The translations under genes were made by a program, and so were the position numbers. DNA of 64,000 bases from Callorhinchus milii (taxonomy: Eukaryota): assembly GCF_018977255.1 (NCBI RefSeq), contig NW_024704743.1, positions 57,786,001-57,850,000 of the forward strand, written 5' to 3'. The notes under the pieces are model-generated. The model was given only the letters and a program-made list of their open reading frames with translations. It searched no databases and had not been told where the DNA came from. Of the stretch, positions 49,989-62,452 are shown in pieces; the stretch's first letter is position 1; every line of letters starts with the position of its first letter.

Positions 49989-50359
49989 AATAATAATAAT
50001 AATAATCCTTGCATTTGATATAGCGCTTTTCGCGTCGTCTAGTCGTCTCAAAGCGCTTCACAGAATAATAATAATAATAATAATCCTTGCATTTGATATA
50101 GCGCTTTTCACATCGGGAGGACGTCCCAAAGCGCTTCACAGAATAGACTGTGAAGTGAATTGACTGTATATTTGTGGGCAAAATGTGGCAGCCAATTGCG
50201 CACAGCAGTTTCCCACAAATAGTCATGGATGGAAATGACCAATTTTTTTTTGAGGGATTATTATCAGGCATGTGGAGTAACAAAACTTGCTCAAGGTTTC
50301 GCCCTGCCAGGTCTCTCGCTTGCAAAGCGAGTGCTCTAACCACTGAGCTACAGGACTCC
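49989..50359 (-). mobile_element. Family A SINE (50064-50359) with a second SINE tail (49989-50066) stacked on its (TTA)n end
   Basis: Head reverse complement GGAGTCCTGTAGCTCAGTGGTTAGAGCACTCGCTTTGCAAGCGAGAG. Two consecutive tail modules have different internal loops. Confidence 0.9.
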
Positions 50360-51876
50360 ACAAATATTTCTATGTGTACACAATTTGAAGCTCATTTCTT
50401 AATAGAGAGCATAGGGCCCTGCAATTTTATGCAACCTACAATTATCAAACATATTCCTGTGTTAAACTGATCTTTCTCTGTCTTTCTTCAAGCCACAGAA
50501 ACTCTGTCCACAGTTACTCTTTTGCTTTTTTGACTTCAAAATTAAGGTTCACTCGTTAAACCTTGAATCCCACTCCAATTTAGTTAAATTCAGCCCCCCA
50601 CCCCCCACACACACCACCCAGTTATTTATTTTTCGGTGCACATTGGTGCACAAAATGAAAATTATAAGGAGAAAAATAATCTTTACAAATATAAATGTGG
50701 GAATTGAACTATTCAAGAAAAAGATTGGCAGGTTGATGAAATTGGATGTCAGCTTTGAAAAGGAGCACTGGGAATGTTCAAAGCCCAGCAGCTCTTTTGA
50801 AGCAAGGTTTGAAGTTAGTGTTCTTTAAAGGTTGGTTCAAGGGAATGACACTTTTTATACTTCCTGGTCTTTCTCCCACTTTTTCCTGATTTTCCTTTCC
50901 CACGTTATTAATTTGCGGCCAATCTTAAGTCAGTTAAAATCAAAATGATGAAGGATAGATGGAACCACTGGCATCTCTTCCCCAATCAGTTCCTCTGTGC
51001 ATCATTATGTGAATAAAATCACATTTCCATACTGGTGAGATTTCTGCTTCTATCAGGTAGAATTGGTGCCTCAGTTGGGATGTAACAAGGCTGGTGGATT
51101 TGTATGTCAGGCACTGCCCAGGGCTCAAACTGCTGGTCACAGTAACGAGTGATGGATGGCTTCACTCCCACTCTAGGGGCAGCTCAGAACAAATGAAAGT
51201 TTAATCTTGGTTATTGTTCACTTCAGCTGTGGATTTTCCAGTTTACGTTTATTTCAAAATTCCTAAAGTATTGAATATACTTCAGAAATATACATCGAGT
51301 TGTGCCATAAATGACACCCCATCGCCTCCCATTCCCTGATGTTGTTTTCAATGCTGAGTATTTATGTGTCAGCCTGGCTCAATCAGAAGCACTCTTGCTT
51401 TAAAGTCCAAACAGAGTGATTTTAGGCTCCTAGACTAGGCTGACACTCCAGTGGAGTGTTGAGGGAGTGCTGCATTGGCAGAGGTGCCATGCTTTGGATA
51501 AGACATTAATCCCTTCTACATATTCGGGGCGTGCAGTGATTATCAAATGTACAGTTGAAGATCTACTAGTTCATTAGTTGAATTTTGAAAGTAGGGAGCA
51601 GGGAGAGACCTAAGGTGCTAAAAAGATAAAGTCATTTTCAAAGAGTCTTCTATGACAGTATGAGCTCAGCTGTAGATTTTATACCGCAATAAATTAAAGC
51701 CTGGTCAAACTTTGAGTGAATTCCCAGTTTGCTGAAGCCTAACAATGTCCTGCCAATACAATTTCAGTACACATGCACAATTTCAAGCAATGTCTGACCT
51801 GCCTGACACCTAATCCAGATACTGACCCAAGCTGAATGTGATTCCTCAGGATTTATGGTCATCGGTATTTGAGCCA

Positions 51877-52358
51877 CATAGGAACATAGGAATTAGGAGC
51901 AGGAGTAGGCCATTTGGCCCCTCGAGCCTGCCCCGCCATTCAATAAGAGCATAGCAGATCTTCTAACCTAACTCCATCTGCCTGTCTTATCCCATATCCC
52001 TTAATCCTTGTATCTTTTAGAAACCTATCAATCTCAGTCTTGAATATGTTCAAGGACTGAGCACCTACAGCCTTCTGGGGTAGAGAATTCCATAAATTCG
52101 CTACCCTCTGAGTGAAGAAGTGTTTCCTCAACTCTGTTCGAAGGATTGTCCCTTAATCTTAAGACTATGACCCGAAGTTCTATATTCTCCTACCAGAGCA
52201 AATAGTCTTGCACTGTCTACTCTGTCAAGCCCCATAAGAATCTTATATGTTTCTATAAGATCACCCCTAATTCTTCTATATTCTAGAGAATATAGGCCTC
52301 GTTTACTCAACCTATCCTCATAGGTCAACCCGCTCATCCCAGGAACTAACCTAGTGAA
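51877..52358 (-). mobile_element. CR1 LINE 3' end
   Basis: LYSLEYRRIRGDLIETYKI..FFTQRVANLWNSLP..FKTEIDRFL, with tail CCTAATTCCTATGTTCCTATG. Confidence 0.92.
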
Positions 52359-52408
52359 ACCTAGTAACCTATATATTCCATCCTCACCCAGGAATGTGAG
52401 TTAAAGTT

Positions 52409-52820
52409 GTAATAATAATCCTTGCAATTGATATAGCACCTTTCAGATAAGGAGGTTGTCCCAAAGCACTTCACAGGATTTACTGTAAAGTGCAGTGGCT
52501 CTGTATTTTGTGGCAACAGCCAATTTGCACACAGCAATGTCCAACAAATGGCCATGAAATGAATGATCAAATTTATTTGGGGGATTGTTGGTCAGGAAAT
52601 CAGGAGAAATTCCCTTCTCTTTTCAAATACTGCCATGGGATCCTTTTTGACCACCTGAACCGGCAGACAGAGCCTTGGTTTAATGTCTCATCTGAAGGAC
52701 GGCACCTTCAACAATGCAACATTGTTGGAGCTTAGTCCGTGAGTTCAAAGTCTTATCATGGGGTTTGAACCCCAAATCTTATGACTCAAAGGACAAAGTG
52801 CTACTAAATGAGCCAAGTTA
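52409..52820 (-). mobile_element. DeuSINE-like SINE (family D)
   Basis: CCACCTGAACCGGCAGACAGAGCCTTGGTTTAATGTCTCATCTGAAGGACGGCACC is the reverse complement of the Deu-like core; shared tail present. Confidence 0.8.
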
Positions 52821-53414
52821 ATACATACAAACCTTGTCCATTTTAATTGCTGTTGATATCAAAATGGTTAAAGCTCAGTGGGACACTGAGGATGTAAGCA
52901 CAGATGGATCTTTCCTGCAGGGCAAACATAGAATTTGGAAAAAAATGTGGTGAGGCATTGGGCATTTACATTGGCATTTCATTTTATATGACAGTAGTCT
53001 CCAAATCAAAATTGGGCAATAACTATTGTATTTAAACCAATCTAGATGCCTAATTTGTTCTATGTTCTGGGTTTCATATTCCCTGTGAGTGATTTAATGC
53101 ACGGATGGAACCACAGTCTACATCTGTGCAGTTGTTGGTTGCCAGAGCCGGCAGGGATCAGGCATCTCTGGATTGTTCGCTGCTGTTGCATAGAGGCCCC
53201 ATGAAACTGATAGGAAAGTCTCCAACCGTGACCAGAACAGCCGTGACCAGACTTAATGATGCCAGGAATACAACCCACAGGAGTCAGTAACATGTGAAGT
53301 GAGCGTTGCTGTCATCTTCAATATCTTTAGTTACTGATAACTCAATTCCTATAATCTACCTTCACTTCATAACACAGACATTTTGCTTATTCACACTCAA
53401 CATACATTGTTGTG

Positions 53415-53725
53415 GGTGTGCTGCATTGTTGGAGATGTCCCACTTTAGATGAGATGTTAACCTGAAGTCCTATCTGCCTGTTCAGCTGGATGTTAAAGAT
53501 CCCATGGAACTTTTCAAAACGACAAGGGCGTTTCTCCCAATGTTCTGGCCAACAATTCTCCAAATAAAAACAGTTGTAGACTTCATGGTTGTTTGCTAGA
53601 CATTGAAGTGTGCAAATTCACTGCTGCGTTCACCTTCAAAACACAGTCATTACACTTTACATTATATCCTGTGAAGCACTTTGAGATGCCTCAACGATGT
53701 GATAAACATTATAGCAAATGCAAGC
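53415..53725 (+). mobile_element. DeuSINE-like SINE (family D), 5'-truncated
   Basis: GATGAGATGTTAA..GCCTGTTCAGCTGGATGTTAAAGATCCCATGG..AAATGCAAG. Confidence 0.75.
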
Positions 53726-54159
53726 ATTAGCATATTATATCACATTGCTAACTCCTAGATTTAGGACAATAGAAACTGAACCAAGGTATGTATATATTTG
53801 CCCAAATGCCCTCAATGTGCTCAATGCTTTTTTTGGTCAGCAACAAGTCTGAAACATGAGAAAACCCATCACCCGTCTTACACGTATCCAAATCAAACTG
53901 AGAGCTTCGTGCATCCCATCTATACAAGGAAATTAATGCTATGACCTCACAATCTTTTGACTGAGGTGAGAGTGCTACCAACTGAGCCAGGCTGACACTT
54001 GTAATGTGCTGTAATATATAAGCAGCTTGGTGTTTTAACATGTTGGAACCTTGCTGTAATGTGCCACAGTGGGAGAACATGAGGTAAGGCTTATGATCCT
54101 CTACTTGCTAAGTTCCGATCTCATTGATGCTACTGAACAGAAGCATTGGAGGAGATCTG

Positions 54160-55565
54160 GGGTCCACTTCCACATGTATGCAGATGATACCCAAATCTAA
54201 TTTTCCTCCTCTAGCCTTGGCCCTAGGTCCACTGATGTTCTGTTCGCTTACTTGTCAGACATCAAGGCCTGGATGAAACCAACTTCCTGCAGTACCTGTG
54301 TAAAATTCTAGCTGTCCTTCCTATCCCACATCCGATTCCTGACCAGAATCATTTTTCTCTAACTCCACCACATCGCTTGCCTCTACACGTACCTCACAGT
54401 CAACACAGGTAAATTCCTTATTCATGCAACTGCCATCTCCTGCCTTGGATTTTACAATGCCACCTTTGCCAAACTCCCCAGTTCCACCATTCATTAAATC
54501 CAATTAATTCGAAACTCTGCCACCTGAATCCTCATCCAAACCAAACTCTGCAGCCCCATCACTCCAGTCCTTTCCAGACTTCAATCAAGATCAACTTCAA
54601 ATTTTCAAACTCATATACAAATCACTTCATGCCCTAGCACCTCCCTACCTCTCTGAGCTGCCTATACCTCACTCCATTACTGGCTTCCTTCATGCTGTTG
54701 GCTCCAGCCTCTGAAAGTTCTTTGTACCCTCCGTTCCACCATTATAACATAACATAACATGTAGGAGCAGGAATAGGCCATTCGGGCCTTCGAGCCTGCC
54801 CCGCCATTCAATCACGGTTGATCTAATCTAACTCCAGCTAATAACATAACCCTGCCTTATCCCCATAATCCCTTAATCCCTTTTGCAATAAGAAATCTAT
54901 CTCAGTCTTGAATATGTTCAAGGACTGAGCATCAACAGCCCTTTGGGGTAATGAGTTCCATACATTCACCACCCTTTGAGTGAAGAAGTTCTTCCTCAAC
55001 TCAGTGCAAAAGTGCTGGCCTCTGATTTTAAGGTTGTTTCTCCAATCAGGGGAAACAATCTCCCACTATCTACTCTATCATGCCCTTTGATGATCTTATA
55101 GGTTTCTATAAGATCCCCTCTAATTCTTCTATATTCTAGAGAATATAGGCCCAAATTGGTCAGCCTATCCTCGTAACTCATCCCCTTCATCCCTGGCACT
55201 AACCTAGTAAATCTACGCTGCACCCCCTCCAAGGCAAGTACATCCTTCCTTAAATGAGGAGACCAAAACTGCACACAGTATTTCAGGTGTGTCACCAGGG
55301 CCCTATACAGTTGCAGCAAGACTTCCCTACTCTTTGGAGGTTGTACTTTCAGCCACTATGCCACAAAAGTCTGGAACTCTCTGCCTCAATCTCTCCCTCT
55401 TGACTTCTTACAATCTTCAGATTCCACCTCCTCAAAGAACTCTGCTTTGACGGTGCTAATGGTCACCTACCTGCTCTCCCTGGTTCAGTGTCAAGCTCCA
55501 CCACTGATAAACACTTAGAGATGCTACCCCATGTGAAGGATGCTATGTAAATGCAAGTTGTTTAT
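54160..55565 (+). mobile_element. Old L2 LINE fragment split by a CR1 insertion
   Basis: FHMYADDTQ at ~54167, LSDIKAWM, later VWNSLPQSL and an L2 tail ending ~55560. Confidence 0.8.
54744..55334 (-). mobile_element. CR1 LINE 3' end nested in L2
   Basis: LYRALV..LKYCVQFWSPHLRKDVLALEGVQRRFTRLVPGMKG..LGLYSLEYRRIRGDLIETYKI, with an (ATGTT)n tail. Confidence 0.92.
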
Positions 55566-56941
55566 GTTTTTGTTTCTTTTTCTATCTCTGATAGACAGGT
55601 GGGAAACAGGTTCAAAGTGTAGACTGAATTTAAGAATTTTCCAAAATTAAATTTTAAAACATAATATTTTAAAATAAACCAAAGAAGCCTGACTTGGAGC
55701 CTGTGCTTCCATTACTTTTGATTCCAGTCAAATATTTTGTGCAAAATACACGTGCAAATTCCTCAGGAGTCTTTAGTTCTGCCTTGCATCACAAAAATGG
55801 GGTGGTAAAACTGAATTTAAAAAAAATCCTTAATCTTTGCTGCTCTGATTTGACTCCTGAGAGATAAACTCTGACCGTCACAGTGAGAGTCAGCTGGATA
55901 TCTGGGATTCAACGACATGAGTAAATCTTAGTAATTTTAGATTATCAGTGTCACATGAAATATAATAATAATCCTTACATTTGGTATGGTGCCTTTCACA
56001 TTAGGAGGATGATTCAGAGCACTTCACAGGATATACTGTAAACTGTAGTGATTATGCATTTTATAGGCAGCCAATTTGTGCACATCAGTACCCTACATAC
56101 AGTCATGAAGTTCTGAAATATTGCAGATTCTGATGATAATTTACAAAAGCTAAGGTAGTGGCTGGACAACGGCTTCATCAACGGTGACAGACTTCATTCC
56201 CAATAACATTGCAAATTTTCCCAGAAACCTGGGGAGAAATTCCACTGGGTTCTAGATTGACACTGTTCATTTACTTTTTTTTATTTCAGATTGTGCCGAA
56301 TTTGGCAAATTGTTGAATTCAGTGTCGACTTTGAAGGTGGATTTCTGTAGCTCCTAATGAGGAACTTACAGAAAAATAGCTTCAAAAATAATGCTGTATT
56401 CAACAATTTGCCATATTCTGCACAATCTGAAATGTTAAGAAAATGAAGTAAATCCACAGGTAGGGGAAATGAATATATCGACTGCATGACTAAGAAGCCC
56501 TGCTAGAAGACTGCAATATGAAACCCACTTCATTACTTTACTTGATGTCTCAGCCAAATGAATGGTGTGAAGATGGAGATAGTCATAACAATCTGCAGAC
56601 TTATAAAAAAAATCTCAGTAGCATACATCATTGAATAGACACCAAAGATAGAAATTTATAGAAAGAAGACTGGATATACAGAATGTATACTGAATATGAA
56701 AAATTGAGAGTTTTGCCGCTCTTTTTGCTTTAACTGCAAAAAAAGCTCTCCTTCAGGAACAGTAGTGCATGTTTTAAATTGAAATTGGTTGTGAATTTCA
56801 GTCCCTCTAAAGTCCAAATCAGGTCCAAATGCCTCTAATTCCTATGCAGAATGGATCAGCTGATTGCCTCTTGCCAGATCTTGAGTTTCGATTTTGTACA
56901 CTGTCCCTTTTCAATGCCGCATTCCTCTAAGCAAGCTGAAG

Positions 56942-57500
56942 ACAACAACAACAACTTGCATTTATATAGCACCCTTCACGCGTCTCAGAGCGCTTCACAG
57001 TGGTGGAGGTTGATGCCGGACCGGGAAGGGGAGGTAACCGTAAGTATGGTCAAAGAGTTCTTCAGGCGTGACTTGAAAATGGGGAAGGAGGGGCAAGGGA
57101 AAGGGATAGAGGGAGTGTTCAAGAGATTTGAGGCGTAGTGGCTGAAAGCGCAGTCATCAATGGTGGAACAGAGGGCACGAGGAACAGGCAGGAGGCCGGA
57201 GCCAGTCGAGTGAAGGTAATGGTTAGTGGAGTGGGGAGTAAGCAGGTCGGAAGGGTAGGGATGTGTCAGGGTATAAAGGGATTTGAAGACGAGTGTGAGG
57301 ATTTTGAAATCGATCCATTCGGTGACAGGGATCCAGTGGATTAAACTATATCATCAAACATGTAACAGAGATTCAGTGGAGCCTGGTTAGAACTGATGTG
57401 ATGGCCGTGCAGTGTTTAACACAGGTGAGTGTGCGAGCAGCAGAGTTTGGGGATTTAGTGGATAGTAGAGCTGGGGAGACAGGCGAAGAGGGCATCGTAG
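56942..57500 (-). mobile_element. L2 LINE 3' fragment, degraded
   Basis: (CAA)n plus CTTGCATTTATATAGCACCCTTCACG tail. Reverse complement has HWIPVTEWIDFKILTLVFK. Confidence 0.75.
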
Positions 57501-58564
57501 TGACTAGTCCTATTGAGTAGAAAAATCTTATTCCAGACTTCCAGGTCCACAGGTAATTATTCAGTCTGCTAATTTAAAGTAATAGATCTGCTTTCTTCAT
57601 CCAAGTCATTACAGAAGACTTTAAATAATTACCAATTGTCACTACTTGTGTGCTAATGCTGAGATGCTTTCATTCTCTCACTCCTCTTATGCTGATTCCT
57701 CACAACTCTTATTCCCTTCTAGCACTTTTTCCCCAGGATGGAGGGAGTGTTTTTTCAGCTTTGCCGAATGCTTTAACAGAAAGGTCTACAGCCCCAGTTC
57801 TCTTTTGACATTACACTGATATAATACATCACTACTGTGCGGAATTGGCTGCCACATTTTACCCACAAATATTTAGTCAATGCACTTTAGAGTATATTTT
57901 GTGAAGTGCTTTGAGACATCTAGAAGACATAAAAAGTGCTACATCAAAATACAAAAATTATTATTAATATTATAATAGTGCTGCAGGCCAAGGAAATGTC
58001 ATTTGTTTCTCTAACCTTCTTCCAGTAAAATTAAGGCAGATAAAAGCTTGTATTTGTTCTGTTTGATTGGGAAATGTGTCTGATACAATTAAACCTGTCA
58101 TCAGGTCATTTCTATGATGAACTTGCTGGTGGCGACGTTGAAATGAAAGAACCTGTATCTGTTCAATTACAAGGTGCTGTACCATACTTCATGGCAACAC
58201 AAGTGTGGATCAAGTTTTGCCATCTGTGTGAAACATGTACCCAAATCTGGTTAGAAATATGGTAAACCTAGAAGTGTAACGAATAGTTAAGCAGTCCACA
58301 TCATTTACCAAGAGTTTTAACGTTTTTACTCCTTAATTTTCTCCCCGTGACTCCTGAAGGCATTTCACCCCACTCGGGTTTGACTCATGTACGGTCCATA
58401 GATAGATGTTTCTCCACTCCCTCACCAGGTACTTGACCCAAGTGACCATTATTCATGTGTGAGTCGTGACAGTGATTTCAGGCCACTGTTTGATTGCATG
58501 GGGCATTGCAGCCAAACCCAATCCTGCCCTCCTTCAACATCAATACATATGCATTTTTTACAGA

Positions 58565-59520
58565 AGGGGTTTCTGGTCTGAGGTGTGCCTTGAAGGAGGC
58601 AAGGGATGGAGCAAGGCAAAGGGAATGTGGGATACAGTTCCAGAGGATGGGGGCAAAGAGGCTGAAGGCCCGCCCACGATAGTGTTGAAGGCCGGGCGGG
58701 AAACATGGAGCAGGCCGGCGTCTGCTGAGCAGAGGGAGCGGACAGGTTGATAAGGGGTTAGCAGGTCGGAGAGTTAGGAAGGGGCAAAGCCATGGAGGGC
58801 CTTGAATGTGAGGATGAGAACCAGTGGAGCTGGTTGAGGATTAGTTTGATGGGGTCACGGAGCCTGGTGTGGGAGAGGACACAAGCTTTAGAGTTCCTGA
58901 TGATCTTCAGTTTGTGGAGGGAAAAGTTGTGAAGGCTGATAAGCAGGGCCTTCGCATAGTCGAGCCTGGTTGTAATGATGGCATGTATGAGGGTTTCAGC
59001 AGCCTGAGGGGTGAGGCAGTGGTGAAATCGGGCAATGTTATGGATGTGAGGGAAGGCAGAGCGGGTCATGGCATAGATGTGGGGGAGAAAGAACAGTTGA
59101 GGGTCGAACAAGATGCCTAGGTTCCTGACTGGCTTGGTTAGGTGGAGTGTGCAACGATGGATGGTGATGCTGCCAGTGCTTGCGGTGCGGAGGCGCTGTC
59201 GAGAGCCAATCAGGAGAGCCTCGGTCTTCATGATGTTCAACTGTAGAAAGTTAGCTCTCATCCAGGACTTGATGTCTGACAGACATTCTGTCAGGACAGC
59301 AGTGGTACTGGAGTCGAGGGTGGAGGCGGATAGAGTTGGGTATCATCCGCACACACGTGGAAGTTGACCCCATGTCTGCGGATGATGTCACCAAGAGGAA
59401 GCATGTACAGGTGGAAGAGGAGGAGGACCAAGGACAGAGCCCTGAGGAACACCACATGTGCGGGGACTGGAGGTGAAACCATTTCTGGAGACAAAATGGA
59501 GCCGGTGTGACAGACTGCGA
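58565..59520 (-). mobile_element. L2 LINE RT fragment
   Basis: [63 protein letters not shown]. Confidence 0.9.
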
Positions 59521-60746
59521 CCGTGGCTGTGATCAGCAATTCAGCAAAAGCCTGGAATCAACAACAACAACAACAATTTGCATCTATATAGAGCCCTTCA
59601 CACCGTACGGTGTCTCGGGGCGCTTATCAAGCATAATAAACGCCCTGTTCTCTATAAATCAGCTGCTCACTGAATAAATTCACGGAGCCATTCAAAGGCT
59701 TTGAATGATCTACATAGAATTTCCATCTATAAAAATAAAAATGTAACTTTTATTTGATTTTTATTCATAGAAATACTCCATGGTTACATATATTCCATTA
59801 ATTCTAATTTTCCTGTCTACAGCTAGCTAGTTTTTAGTTTCCAATCTATCAAAATTCACAGAACATTTTTTATAAGGATGTTATATGGGAGAAATGCCAA
59901 GAAGAATGTTTGTTATTAGTCTCGTGTGTTGAAGGGAATGTGGATGCTGATAGTAATTGTGTGCACCATGGTGCAAAAACTATTTCTGGTGACGTAGAGA
60001 TGCATTGACTTCTGGAGCAGTTGACTTTGTGAATCATTGTTCTTGCATTTGCTCAGAGCACTTTTGCATCCTTGATACCACTGAAGTGCAGAAACACCAG
60101 GTAAGAATTTCCGCCCACCCAGTAATAGTAGATAAAGAGACCAATCTCAGTCTTTTATCGAAGCTGTTCTGAAACACTGCAATTTATATGCTAATTATGA
60201 GATAGCATTTGAGATAGCACCTTTCAATTCAAGAGGACATCTCAAAGCGCTTCTCAAAGGACGCAAAGTATAGTGACTGTATTGATAGGCAAATGTGGAA
60301 GTCAATTTGTTAATATGGAAGGCAATGTACCACAAACAGCCAGGAAGCGAATGACCAATTTTATCTGGGAGATTGTTAGACAGGACATTCTTTCCATCTG
60401 ATCTTTGAAAGCTAGGTGTAGATGTGAAACCTTCCCGCTCCACTCTCTTCCCACCTGACTTCAGTAAAATAGTTACATCCAAAGATTTTAATAGCCATCC
60501 TTTCGGATCTTGATCAATAATCCCAGCAGTTTATTGCAGCTTCGTGGGATCGTGGCTCAGCTCATTTGGCATCTTATGATGCAGCACTCAAACTCCGGAT
60601 TGGGATCGGGAACAAGAATTGGGGCCATTGAGTGGGAATTCAAGTTTGGGGAAATAAAATCTTGGAATCAGCTTTGGTGTCACCCATTGTGCCAAACTTG
60701 TGGAGAATAACATAGTCTGATAATTATCAAGTTCAAAACCTACCAC

Positions 60747-61085
60747 TTTTATCTGGGAGATTGTTGGCCCGGGCACCAGGAGAAACTTAGTTTTCTTTTC
60801 AAATAGTGCCATGAGACTTTGAGTGCACAGTCTAAGCTGACACTCCAAAGCAGTGCTGGAGTGCGCTTATTGTCAGTGTTCAAGTTGAGACGTTAAACTG
60901 AGTCCCCATATATGCCCGTTCAGGTGGACATTAAACATCCCATGGCACTATTTGGAAAGAGAATTACGTTTCTCCTGGTGCCCTGGCCAACAATCACCCA
61001 GATAAAAATGGTCACATGGCTGTTTGTGGGATATCGCTGTGAGAAAATTAGCTGCGGAGTTCACCCACAAATACATAATCATTAC
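60747..61085. mobile_element. Family D SINE (+, ~60822-61085) preceded by an inverted copy of its own internal segment (60747-60813)
   Basis: 60747-60813 is the reverse complement of 60941-61007 with 61/67 identity. Confidence 0.85.
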
Positions 61086-62452
61086 ACCCTCTATCTCCTT
61101 AACTTTCTCCAACCTCACTGTCTTGCTTGCTCTGTCTGCTCAGAAACTCAAGGCCTGCTACATGTATTTTGCCTCCTCACCATCAGCTGTCGAGTCAGTA
61201 AAATACAGCCCTGTGATAACAACATTCATGTGTTCCAGGGCCCCGCACCAGAATAATGTTATTACAAGTCAGCACTGCTTAAATGAATGCCTAACACTTT
61301 TTTTCTTCGGGGCTGGAAGCCATATTGACCCAGAAGCAGTTTTCTTGTCATTTATCTGTTTGGCCAACTAACAAATCTGCCTTACAAGTGTGCTTGTGTG
61401 TGTGTGTTTTTAACGAGTTTCATCTTATGAATCTCAGCCCTTCTAGGCATTAGAGTAACAGAGCACAGAATTGAAAATGACAAGTTACGTATTGAAATGC
61501 GTCTCACTCACATGGAGCATAACCGAATAAGAACTTTCTTATCAAACTCTTTGTTCTATTTCCTGGTTCCTCACTAACCCCCTTGGCTACATCCTCACTG
61601 GATGGGGCAGACTACAGGGACAGTGAGAGTTAGCTACTTTCAAAATGATCACGTGAAAAATGTCAATTAGTTCATAAAAGGAGCAATTAGCAGAAACTTC
61701 ACGCCTATTGTTTTATTCTTTTATACCCACCCCTCCACCTATTCTTTGTGAATGGTGTATTCTCACCATCAGGTTCCCCTCGCACAACTGAGGAAGACCT
61801 GGTTATATGCCCCAAGACACTACCCCATGTGAAGGCCGCTATATAAATGCAAGTTGTTGTTGTTCTGAGTCCTTTGGCTAATCTGGTCCTGAACTTGTTG
61901 CTAGTTTTTTTTCCCACCTAGACATGGAAATCACAGAGATAGATTGTTGGAATGGAATGCGTTCTCTGTTCCTGGTGGGAACTCATCCTGCTTACCTAAT
62001 TCTGGAAAGTATTAGGCGCAGGTTGGCAAGAGCCAAGGCTTAGGGACCCCAGAGTGTGTGTTGGGGTAATGCTGCGTCTAACCAACTAAAATCACATAAC
62101 TTGCTATTAGTATTGTTGTCCGGCAAGCTTTCCCGCTGCTTGTCAAGGACCACCCCTACCAGTTAGGGCTTTGCCATGCAGGGTTAACAGGAGCTGAGTG
62201 AGATGAGTCCCTGCCCCCAGTGATGGGTCTGCCCTTCCAGAGCCAGGCTGGCTGTGCTGTCATCAGCAGTGCCCTGGAATACTGTGCAACTACCTGGCTC
62301 AGGAACCAGACTACCGAGACTGCCACAGATGGATGGCTCAATCCGACATTCTATTGCCAGTTCAGCTCCAAGTAGACCCTGCTTACCTCCCCGCAAGGAG
62401 GATAGTAACTAAACAAAAGGCAAAGAACTGCAGATGAGGATAGTCACTACAT

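Noticed and set aside
49858..50361. 167-aa ORF with poly-Tyr repeats (and the many IIIII/YYYYY/NNNNN ORFs)
   Set aside because: Translation of SINE bodies and (TTA)n or (TTG)n tails.
53060..53293. Possible Harbinger transposase fragment
   Set aside because: Only a vague HS..VQL resemblance, with no catalytic motifs supportable.
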